Positions 50,600-60,945 of a stretch of 64,000 bases of DNA are shown one piece after another. Source of the stretch: Eutreptiella sp. 'Long Island Sound 2002' (taxonomy: Eukaryota > Protista > Euglenida); NCBI GenBank assembly GCA_964036045.1, contig OZ038378.1:86738001-86802000 (forward strand), read 5' to 3'. A program made the translations under genes and the position numbers. Each line of letters begins with the position of its first letter. Positions within the stretch are counted from its first letter, which is position 1. A model generated the notes under the pieces. That model made no database searches, was not told where the DNA came from, and saw nothing but the letters and a program-made list of their open reading frames with translations.

Positions 50600-52160
50600 G
50601 CCCAGCGAAGGTGCCAGCAGTTCATTACGACCACCGCTTCGACGGCAGCTGCAACTGGCGTCAGTGACGAAGAGGCCGGTGCCGGGGCCATCGGAGCGGA
50701 GCCCGCGCTGGTGACAGCCATGGGCGAGGGGGCAGCGGCGGTTGACAAGGGTCCGGGGCCGGTGGGCCCATCACTCGCCGACCTGGCCATCGGGTCCCCG
50801 GTCCCTTTCCCCCCGGTGCAAGCACCCCGGGCCAGTGTTGTACGCGCGGGCTACTTGGGGCTCTACATTGCCCCGGTCAACAAGCAGCCCGCACCGGCGT
50901 ACCTCCTCAACAGGACGGTTAACGTGAAGGGGGTACCGGGGCACTCCACCGAGACGTGGTATTGGAGCGTAAGCCTGAACGCGGTCACCGCCGCGCAGAC
51001 AACGACGCCCACCCAGATGCACCTCCCGTGCAGGGTGACCGTCTCCGAGGATTGTGGGCTGGTGGCAGGGGAGGGGGGATTTATTGTAGCCCGCTTTGCC
51101 TACCGGCTGGGGTCCAGTGTTGGGACCTAAGTGTGGGGTCGGAGGAGGGGGGGTTGCTGGCCCGCGCTGGCTCAATTGCTTTTAAGCAGGTGGCGTCATG
51201 GGAATTGCAGGGGGAGGGGCTTTTCTTGGAGGCTTGGCACGCCATGCGTGGCCACGTCGCCACCTTCCGTGCCAGCGCTATGGGGGAGGACGTCATCGAG
51301 CCAGAGGTGGTCAGTGATGGGGAGGTGACGGATGGGGGGAAGAGTGATGGCGCCTGCAGTGATCGGAGTGCCCGCAGTGGGACCGGGAAAGGAAAAAAAC
51401 AGGCAGCCAAGGACAGCAACCCCCCCGCCCCCCCTAAAAAGCTAGCGGGCAAGGGAAATGCAGCCGCACCACAAAAAGCGGCTCTTGGGAGCCCCCTTCG
51501 TGAGCCTGGGTCACCGGGCACCGTGCCCATGACCGTGTACCGGGAGGCATGCCGTGACCGTGACCAGTTCCGCCAGGAGCGGGATGCTGCCCGTCTGGCA
51601 GCGGAAGCAGCCTCCCGTCTCAAGGAGGAGCTGGACACGGTCAGGCGGCAGCGGGACGACCTGCAGGCCCAGCTCGTGGACTCTGAGCGCCAACGGGCTG
51701 GCAGTGATGCACGCCTGGAGCTCTGGAGGTGCTGCAGCGGTCCAAGGGCTTGAAGCACATTGAATCTGGGCCGGGGGCTGCATCCCCCTCCCAATCAGGG
51801 GTTCCGGCTGCACCCCCCGCCACCTATAGCGCGCAGTCCATGCAATTCTTGGCATCGGGACTGTTGGAGTACGCCCTCTTGGCCACGCGGTTGATGGCCG
51901 ACGCCAAGTCGTCGTGCCAGCAGCTGCAGGCCATTGCGGGGTTGGCTCGAACAACCACAATGCCGGACTTGAGCGTTCACAGCCTGCCGAAGGTTGAGGC
52001 GGAAGTGTCAACTGGCCTGCAGAACGCCGACACCGGTATCAGTCGGATGTGGTGGCGGCTGCTCAGCAGCCTGGCTGGGAGCCAGAACCTGTGGTTGGCA
52101 GTCCGGGTTCTCTCCCTGGAACTGCGGCTCTGTGGTAGCCGCTGGACCCCCACTACGTGG
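50600..52160 (+). pseudogene. Coiled-coil-containing cargo gene of element T
   Basis: Frameshift-linked ORFs 50711-51130, 50956-51753 and 51729-52193; heptad-rich DRDQFRQERDAARLAAEAASRLKEELDTVRRQRDDLQAQL. Confidence 0.6.
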
Positions 52161-52704
52161 TTCGTATGTATGTATGGTATATATTGTTGTTGAGCACTTC
52201 ATGGTGCTGAAATTTCTTCGGGGGGGGCTGGGGCCACAGATTGCAGCGTGTTGCGCACTTTGTGGGCCACCAGTTTCTGCCCTGTTGTGTCCCTTTCTTT
52301 CACAGGTAAACGTGCCGTGATTCTGGCCCTGTACCAATTGCAGTTGTATGTTACTTTGAAAATATTCACAGAGCTGAAAATGTTCAAGGCGGCCAGGGGC
52401 CACCACTTTAAGCTCTGATGTGCGGCTTTTTTTCACACAGGCCAGGGGCCACCACTTTCAGCCCTGTTGTGGGCGTGTGTTCAAGACCAGGGCCAACTCT
52501 GGCCCCTGTGGTATGTTGCGCCCTTTTTTTTTCTAGTAGGCCAGAGGCCACCTCTTTCAGCCCTGTTATGGGCACGTACAGGAGCACGGCCAGATTTGGC
52601 CCCTGTATGTTCAGACTACAAACAGTCTTTTTGAAAAATGAATTGGCCTCTTGTGTGGTGCCAGTGCAGTGCTCGTCTTTAGGTGTGCAGTGACTAAGAC
52701 GTAA

Positions 52705-52825
52705 CTGAGAGCTCACTGAGAGCTCACGGAGCGCTCAATGCGCCCTTTGGCGCGCTCAGTGAGCGCGCGAGAAGGCACAGTGAGCGCTCAGTGAGCGCGC
52801 CAAACGGCTCAGTGCGCTCTCAGTC
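52705..52825. repeat. Palindromic spacer 2
   Basis: Same motif family as 50264-50412. Confidence 0.85.
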
Positions 52826-53047
52826 GGGTGGATGGCTGCGCCCTCCAATTGTTGGCCGCCACAAACTGGTGGTTGTGGGTAGGGGGTTCCAGGGGGATGT
52901 GCCACCTACCACCAGGGACTGAAAACAGGGTGTGTGCCAGGGCGGTGTGTGGGGGGGGGGGGGGGGCTGCAGCGCATATTACGGCATCAACCAGGGGGAG
53001 GGGGGCATCAAAGGGGGCAATGGGAGACGCTACGGGGGGGGGCATTA

Positions 53048-53185
53048 GGGGACAAACACCCTGGCGGCATCCCGGTGGGGGGGGGTATGACGGGACAAAC
53101 ACCCTGGCGGCATCCCCGGGGGGGGGGATGGGACAAACACCCTGGCGGCATCCCCTGGGGGGGGGGGGGGATGGGACAAACACCC
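53048..53185. repeat. ~40-bp G-run VNTR (3.5 copies)
   Basis: GGGACAAACACCCTGGCGGCATCCC followed by a G run. Confidence 0.9.
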
Positions 53186-53289
53186 TAGTGTTACCCCACT
53201 ACCCCACCCCGAGGAAGAGTGTGAATCCTGCATGGGGAAAGGGGGGCGAAGGCTAGGGACAACAATTAAGGGGAAACAGGTGGGGGGAC

Positions 53290-53820
53290 TGCACAGTGCA
53301 CGTAGGCCCAAATCCACCGGTTGGTGCCGTCAACGCCGATGGTCACCCAGGTGTTGCGCTGCGCGCCCGGTTGCAAGGGTTCCGGTGTGCGTACGGCACG
53401 CTGTTCATAGAGCAGGGCTAGCCGCTCGGCAATATTGTAGTACGCCCCTTGCATCTCATACTCCCCCTCAAGGATACAAACCCACCGGCTAGCAGGTTGG
53501 CTGAGGTGCTTCAGCCACGGGGCCACGTCGGCCCAGCTAACGGTGCCGTCCACGTCGGGTAGCAGGTAGGCCATGTCGCGGCGCGACATCTGTGAACTAC
53601 GCATCTGCCACAGCGCGCGCAAGGCCTCCGACTTGATGTCGGGACTGGTGTCCGTGGGCCGGCTATAGTCCTCAGGGGCTAGCAGTATGCTACCATCGGG
53701 TTGGAGCTCGGCCCGATATTCCTCACATAGGGAGGCCGCCACCGCGGCTTCCAGATGCTCAATCCGGGTTGCACGCTGGCGCTGTGTTCCCAACAAGGAA
53801 AAGGGACGTTTAGGTGGCAT
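53290..53820 (-). pseudogene. RAG1/Transib-like transposase, N-terminal part (inverted)
   Basis: MPPKRP...NTWVTIGVDGTNRWIWAYVHCA; first catalytic Asp candidate at 53329-53331. Confidence 0.72.
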
Positions 53821-53909
53821 TTTGTGTAGCACCTGTGGTATAGGTGTAGTGCCACATGCAGTCCCTTTGCTTGCGGCACACTTATCTCTGTTCACATCTC
53901 TTTGCTGCA

Positions 53910-55114
53910 CCGGGTTGTGGGCCCACACAGCTTGCTAGCTGGTGGCTGTTCGAGGGTAGCGAGATGTGGGCCACGGTGTACAGCATGCAATCGGAGTGTG
54001 ACTTCCATACGCAGCTCCGCGCTGCTACGGCCCTGCAACTGCCGCATGCGGATGGGGTGGCGTGCAGCCCCCTATTCTTCGTCCAGGCCGATGGCAAGGC
54101 CCACATCATGCTGGCCGGCAGGGACGGCTTCACCAAGAAGAGCCCCCAGGCCATGGTGTGCCACTGTTGCGGCGCAAACCGTGAAACGGTTTTGCGCAAG
54201 TTCGGGCGACAAGAGGTTGCCATGGAAGGAATCAAGGGCCATGTACGGCTGACCGGGGTGTTTCGTGACATCCCGGTGGACCGCCGCGTTCCTGACTTCG
54301 GTGCGCATGGAGTCATGCGTGTTGCCATTGCGGGGGTCAATGGAATTGTGCGGGGGCTCGTGACCCATGGAGGAGTATCGAGGAAGAGTGCGGCCACCAT
54401 GGTGCAGGGGGTTGTAAACGGGGCACGGAGAGTGGCCCGCACGGTGTGGCCTGGAAAGTGGGGGGCGGACACGGCAAATGCCAAAGGACAAGTGCACATG
54501 GAGTTGGGGGCTGCTGCGCACTTTGTCAAGGCCCGGCTGTGGGGCCCACTGCTGCAGCTGGTTGCACCCGTGATTGGGAACCATCAAGTGGGGGGCAGGC
54601 CATGGGTTGATGTGTGCACGGAGTGGTGGGAGGCGTTTGCGGTCATGGCCGAGGTGGCCTGGAAGGACGACTTTCCGAATGGTGCAGAGCAACGTGCCTT
54701 TCTGCAACGCCAACTGACCATGGGGGCAAGGCACCTTTACCATGGGGGAAGACCCCGTGGACGCACATGTGGGTTGACCACATGTATGCGTACGTTGCAC
54801 GGTGGGGGACCATTGCAAGGTTTAGTTGCTTTGCATTGGAGGGCAGCCATGTGCGACTAAAACGGGTGCTTAGGAATAGTGGGGGGGTCAACTTGCTGAA
54901 CGATAGGTCGGGCTTGCAGTGTGTGGTGGATAACCACACACTAGATGATAACCTCCGCAAGGAAGGTTGGGAGGTGCAGAGTAGGGCTGTGACCAAGCAA
55001 AGAGGGTTCCAACAACGGTGCATGACTTCGTCACGTGCCCGGCGGGAGGGGAAGGGGAGAGAGAACATGGTGAGGAGGATTGTGGAACGTGCATTGCGAC
55101 AAAGGACCAAGTAA
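53910..55114 (+). pseudogene. RAG1/Transib-like transposase, core and C-terminus (one frameshift ~54735)
   Basis: FFVQADGKAH..CHCC..PDFGAHG..TPWTHMWVDH..WGTIARFSCFALEGSHVRLKR parallels RAG1 D708, C727/C730, H795, H937/H942 and E962. Confidence 0.8.
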
Positions 55115-55150
55115 GTGCTTATGATGGATGATTTGTGCCCGTGCATGTTA

Positions 55151-55310
55151 AGTGAGCCTTGAGTGAGCCCCCAATCAGCTCTCATTCAGCGCTCACTGAG
55201 CGCTCACTGAGCCATTTGGCGCGCTCACTGAGCGCTCAGTGAGCGCTCACTGAGCCGGCTTAGTGACCGCTCAGTGATGGCTCAGTCGGGGTGCTCAGTC
55301 AACTGAGCCG
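55151..55310. repeat. Palindromic spacer 3
   Basis: Perfect 20-bp palindrome CTCACTGAGCGCTCAGTGAG at 55224-55243 plus variants. Confidence 0.88.
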
Positions 55311-56099
55311 TCGAAAAAAAGAAACCCCCCCGGTGAAATCCTCTTGGCCTAGGGATTGGTATCCCTTTGGGGACATTCCAAAACCCCAACCAAGCCCCGA
55401 AAGCCACAACTCTTCACATTAAACCCCTTGAAAAACACCACTTAGCCCCAAATGAGCCATTTTAGCCCCAACTGAGCCCCAACTTCATATTTCCAAGTGA
55501 GCCGTAGGTACATAGTGACAATGATTAGTAAGCGGGGCATAGGAAGCCGAAGGAGAAAAAAAACCGATGCAACGCCGGTTACAACTTTTCACAACAGGGT
55601 CAAGAGGGTGAAGGGCCCCAAGGCAGCCGCGAATTCGTCCGATGTATGTAGCAGTTTAGTACTTATATTCTTAAAAATGGGTACTGTGGTTTGCCGTGCT
55701 GATAATGTTCATGGGCCCTGTTTGAGGATATGTTCTACCCTACGATCACGCTAGAAGACCCGATTTCCATCTTGCCCACGTGGCGCTACATCAGCTACAA
55801 CAAAACAGGGGGGGGTTACCCCAACCCTTGGGGGTAAAGGCTGGGTAATATGAGGGATGCAACTTGGACCCCCGTATCGGTCCTTGGGGGGCCAGCGTTT
55901 GTTTTTCATGATTTGATTGTTTTGACATGAAATTGGAGTGCAAACAAAATGCTGTTCTAGCGACGTTCTCACGAGCGCTGCTCGCGCTCGCCACAACGTT
56001 GCTACAACGCTTTGCTAGAACGACGCTAGAACAATACCAATGAATGCTCTACCACTCCTAAAAGAGAAGCTGCCCCACTACCATGGCCAGCCGTGGGCA

Positions 56100-57000
56100 A
56101 CCACAGGGTCGCGATGCTCGACTTGACTCACGGAGCGCTAGGCCCCCCCCCTCCCCCCTGCGCCCCGTTGGCCCGGTTAGGCCCCCACCCCATAGGTCAC
56201 TTGGAAGGTCACTTGGTGGGCCGGCACCGGGTCACTTGGTGGTGGGTTAGCCGGACTAGCCCGGTTAGGCCGATTAGCCCCTGAGCCTCCCTGCCACACT
56301 TTCGCGAGTCGCCAGAGGCAGGCTACCCCTCCTGCGTGGTGGGGGGCTGGTGGGACGGATCTTTGCTCCCGGCACCCCCCTTCTCAGCCCCCGTGTCCCC
56401 TTTCATCTCTTTCTCCTTGTCAGCCCCCTCCTCACCCCCCTCCTCGCCCCGCTTGTCACCCCGGTTGTCACCCCCCACCCCCTTTTCGTCACCCTTGTCT
56501 CCCTCGTGCTTCCCGTTGTCCCCATCGCTCTCCCCAAAGGAGTCCCGGAGGTAGGCCTCCGCCTCCTCCCGGCTGAGGGAGAGGAGGTCCCCCGGCACCC
56601 AGAAGGTGCCCCCCCCCCTCTCTCTCTTCCTCTTCTTCCCCTTCTTCTCCTTCTTCCCCTGCCCCCCCTCCGACCCTTGCGACACCACCCACCACTCCTC
56701 GGGGCGAGGCTCCTCATCTAAATTCCCCAACACCGTCATCTTGCTAGTGGTGACCCCGTTCCCCCCCTCCCCCCAAGGGACATATTAGGTGTCCCCTTAA
56801 CCCGGCACATTCCCATAGCGGTGACGGCCCCTATTTCCATGGGGGGGGGGTCTTGGGGTTTGGGGGGGGCGGCGGCTTGGCCTTGGCCTTGGCCTTGGCT
56901 TTGGGGCGGGGTTCGGGGTGGGGGGGGGTGTCTTCCCCGCTGCTCTCCAAGTGCCTCTGAGGCTTTTTTCTTGGGGGCCTTGGGGGGTCTCCCCACTGCT
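56100..57000 (-). pseudogene. Low-complexity (K/E/G/P-rich) TE cargo-like gene, frameshifted
   Basis: ORFs 56736-56996 and 56323-56739 lying between CTAGAAC spacer clusters. Confidence 0.45.
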
Positions 57001-57149
57001 GCTGTGGCTGCTGATGCTGTTGCTGCTGACCATGTCCTCCCCCACCCTCACCCACCCCGGTGGTTCATTTTGTTCTAGTCTAGTGTAGCCTAGCTTCTAG
57101 CAAGCAGTGACCGAGGTCAGCTAGAACAAAACTAGAACGAGCGAAACGC

Positions 57150-57800
57150 GCTCGGTGAGAGGAAGACCTCCCAGTTGCTTCTCCACAATGTCATTAGGGT
57201 GTCCGTGGCCTAGTCGTCGCAATTGGTCATGCTCAACACTCAAAGGCCCGCGGGGGTGCGGGCCAAGCAGTCGAGATAGGCGAAGGAGACATTGAGTTGG
57301 GTCCAATTGCCCCCGGCCACGGGTGAGGCATCCCCCCAGACGATGAACGTCAAAAGGAAGGAGCGGTTGGTTGACCGCACCAAGCTTGCCCGGGAGAGCA
57401 TGTACTTCACCCATCAGGCGAAGGGCCATGAGATTCCGGCGGCCTTGGGCAACATTGTGGCAACAGGCTTATCCAATTCCACCGGGGCGACCAACTCCTT
57501 CCAACAAGCTTCGAAGTCCCGCTTGCTGCCAAGAGGCCGGGTGTAGGGGACACCGGGGAGGGTGTAGTGGTACTCCAACTTGCGGAGCATGTAGAGCTCC
57601 GAGAGGGTCCTCCACGAGGTGTTGGGGGCCCGCAGGTTGAGAAGAAGTTCACACATGGCGGTGGGGGGGAGTAGGGAGGCCGCGTATGCCTCAACGGCGG
57701 CCTTACATTTCTCATCCGTAGTATGGGCTGAAGTGGCGGTGTTCGCTTATTGGATGGCATTGTTGAACTGCTGCCGTGCTAGGGGGCATGATAGCGCCCA
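57150..57800 (-). pseudogene. N-terminal fragment of a second Transib/RAG1-like transposase
   Basis: One frame with in-frame stops reaches SFLLTFIVWGDASPVAGGNWTQLNVSFAYL, then LSMTNCDD-ATDTLMTLW after a frameshift; resembles the first-Asp region. Confidence 0.45.
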
Positions 57801-59532
57801 CATGGCCAAATAATGACCCACCCGTTTATCCTTGAGGCTAGTAGCCCCACTCAAGTCCCGTAGTGCCTTAGACAATAGGGAAGTATCCTCGCCGGTTCAG
57901 GAGGGAGCAAGGGGGGAAGTGGAGGGGCGTGTCATTGCAAAGGAATATGAAATATGTAAGTGTGGCAGAGAGGAACATGGCACAATGCATTATGGGCAAT
58001 AGCAAGCATGCAGGACGGGACAACGAAGAAAATGGTACTTCTTGGTTCACCTTATATTGTTCCAGCATAGATCTAGTCTAGGCTAGAACGTTCTAGCGAA
58101 GTGTTCTACGCTGGAACGAAATTGGTTCTTCTAACGTGTTCCTAGGGTACTCCAGTTATGCTACCGGAACGTGCTGCGGCGCGTTATTCCATTCAAATAT
58201 GGTGTTTCACTGCCATGTTTGCTTGCCTTATATCTTCCATATGTTCTACTGTATTGTTCATATTGTCAAAGGTTGTCTGTCCTACCTGTCTGTAAGGTGG
58301 CACCTCATTGGAGCCATTGCATCATTTACCTATATTTATGCTTCCATGACAGAGTGCCTATGAGTCGAATATCACCCAGTGAGAAATTTGGGTTCATGAG
58401 TTGCATCGTGCATGCCTGCTGCCCTGTCTTTGTTCATTCAGGTGTTGTTTGGGAGGACACGAGGGTATGAATTTTCAATCCTCACCAATATGCACCACTT
58501 TGTGTAGGGCTGACGAAAACGGTACAACTTAGGAGGCCCATAGTGCCCCCTATCGTTTTAGCGAAAAAAAGGGGTGATGGGTGGTGTTTTGCGTATGGTA
58601 AAATGGGGGTTCAAATTTACATTTTTTCATCAGGCTGGGCTCTCTAGAGCCCAGACCAGCCGTGTAAGCCATTTTTGGCCCCAATATTACACATCATAGA
58701 CCTGTGGGCTCTTCAAAGCCAAGGTTACAAGTGACACCCTCTGTACCTACCCGCGGTGCAACACTCGGCACCTGTATACGGTGGTCAAGTGGCCACGCTA
58801 CATGGCACTGGGTTAGGTGGTATACTCTCGTTGACATTGTAACACATTCAACCTAAACATTGTCTCCGGACAGGTCAGCAATAACAGTATTCAAGGATAC
58901 AACTCCTACATACATTACCACTGGGCAATGATCCAAGACGCTTACCACACCAGGCATCACATATTCTAGATGGAAATGCCTAAACAAGGCTTATATTAGG
59001 ATTTTTCAACAACCTGGGCTCTGCAGAGCCCAGAGTTCATAAATTTGGTGCTTGAGGGGTGCTTATTAGAGTCTCCCTGTTTGCTGGGCTCTGCAGAGCC
59101 GAGATCTTCACAACTTCCCATTTTGCCCCCTTTTGTGTGACATAATGGCGCTATGACACTCCGAAACTTATTCAACATGTGGTCCCGTAGTATTTTTTTC
59201 TATGCCTTTCTGCCGCGTTGCTGTTATATCGTGTATTACAATTGTGCACCCATGGCATTGTGTAAGTATGACGTTCGCCATTCAGGAATACGCTGCAACA
59301 AGCCTTGGACTGTTTGCACGCAGTGTAGTCCAACATGGTCCAATCGGGTAGTGTTTCTATTGTTGTGGTCTGTCCGATACTATGGGATTTTTAGGACACA
59401 TTGTTTGCAATATACCCTAATCTATTGCAGTTGGTTTTTATGCATACTGTGCAGTGCTCGTACATTTACTATCTGGTCATACGTCCCGTATATTAAGTAC
59501 ATGTAACATGCTATCTTCCTTTTACAACAGCC

Positions 59533-60567
59533 ATGGCTGATCTCCCACATGCTAGACGTACGGAGGTGGATGTACCGGGTTCCGGCCAGGATACTGAAGG
59601 AGATGAGGCTGTAGGACGTGTACCCTTACCGGTCCCATCAACCAGTGGAACAGCAGCGCGTGCTGCAGCTACGCTCGCCTTGCAAGAGGCGATTATGTTT
59701 ACAGGGTCAGCACCCCCATCCCCACCGCGGCCACCAAAGCTTGTCCCCAAGGACCAGCCAACCCCACCAAAGGCCTCCCTCAATGACCCATTGACTCCAA
59801 AGACAATGGAGTTGCTGAGGGACAACACTGGTGACCAGGCACGATGGTTCGTGCTGTACATTTGGGGGCTTCGTGCAGGGTTCCATTTTGCATTGCGGAA
59901 CCCAATGCGCAACCCCCTCGTCACATGGCAACAAGGGGATCGGATATGCCGATCCCATTTTCTGTCACGCAGCGAGGAGCGGGCTGCATTGATCCTCGAT
60001 ACACTGAATCTAGAATCACGTCCCCCTGTTGAGTTGTCTCCCCATCCCCGTATCCCACCTCCTCGGCCACTTCCTCCCCCGGATGCCGACCAACCCACAC
60101 TTACACAGATTGATCGGCACCCCTCCGATCGCCAGCACGTAAGGTCCCTTCCATTACCTGTGGAAGCAGACCGCACCGGTGGGCAGTCAAAATACAGCCT
60201 GTTGCCACCAGTGACTGTACCACATCGAGGCAAACCCCCCGCCCTGAGTCACAGTTCAGTCACCTCCAGTGGTAGGCGGTCAGTTAGCGCCCCGCTGCCC
60301 CTGTCTGATAATGCACTACCCCCAAGGAGTTCCCTCCTGCATCCCCCCCCGCGCACTTGTCTTTTGCCCACTGCCGCTTATGCGGACAACCGACATACCC
60401 CCAAGTACTCACTTTTGCCACATGCGCATGTAGGATTGTCACCGGATGTGGCTCCATGTGCCCCCCCACAACCATCTACTATCCCGGTAAAGAAGGATGG
60501 TCGGTATCGGTCACGGTGGTCATTACTACCTGATATGCCCCCGGCCAAATACACGAAAACTCTGTGA
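59533..60567 (+). CDS. Proline-rich ORF1 of element C (344 aa), unknown function
   Basis: Open frame, acceptor-like ttttacaacag 2 nt before the ATG, homologue at 37996. Confidence 0.7.
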   Translation: MADLPHARRTEVDVPGSGQDTEGDEAVGRVPLPVPSTSGTAARAAATLALQEAIMFTGSAPPSPPRPPKLVPKDQPTPPKASLNDPLTPKTMELLRDNTGDQARWFVLYIWGLRAGFHFALRNPMRNPLVTWQQGDRICRSHFLSRSEERAALILDTLNLESRPPVELSPHPRIPPPRPLPPPDADQPTLTQIDRHPSDRQHVRSLPLPVEADRTGGQSKYSLLPPVTVPHRGKPPALSHSSVTSSGRRSVSAPLPLSDNALPPRSSLLHPPPRTCLLPTAAYADNRHTPKYSLLPHAHVGLSPDVAPCAPPQPSTIPVKKDGRYRSRWSLLPDMPPAKYTKTL

Positions 60568-60945
60568 TGCATTAAGTGGTTGGTCTACTCCCCAAATGGG
60601 TGGTATGCAGCCCCAACTATCATTTCTTGGGACCCCCAGCTTGCGCCAAATGCTACTTTTACCCTTCTCAATTCTTTGCTTGTGGCACGTCCCTCCCTCT
60701 TTTTCCTCTGTCTATTACACGGCCCGCCATTACTGATTACGGGACGCTGGGCTCTGCAGAGCCCAGCACTCATAAACTTGGTACTTGAGGGGTGCTTATT
60801 GGGGTTTCTCTGTTGGCTGGGCTGTGCAGAGCCCATACCTTCACCACTTCCTGTTTTGCCCCCTCTTGTGTGCTAGTCTACGCCTCTAGTTACCTGTTCC
60901 GGTCACCACCTTTTCCTGTTTTGCCACCCAGATTGTCTTATAACT

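Larger units (their letters stand above)
47870..55620 (+). mobile_element. Three-gene RAG1/Transib-like transposon (element T); ends approximate
   Basis: Three co-oriented genes separated by one shared palindromic spacer family; inverted subterminal motifs TGGAAATGTGAAGTTG (47953) vs CAACTTCATATTTCCA (55480), and GGCTAAGTGG (47946) vs CCACTTAGCC (55438). Confidence 0.6.

Noticed and set aside
55320-55620. RSS-like heptamer/nonamer ends for element T
   Set aside because: Two candidate ...GTG right ends exist (~55334 and ~55610), but there is no matching left CAC end, 5-bp TSD or 12/23 spacing
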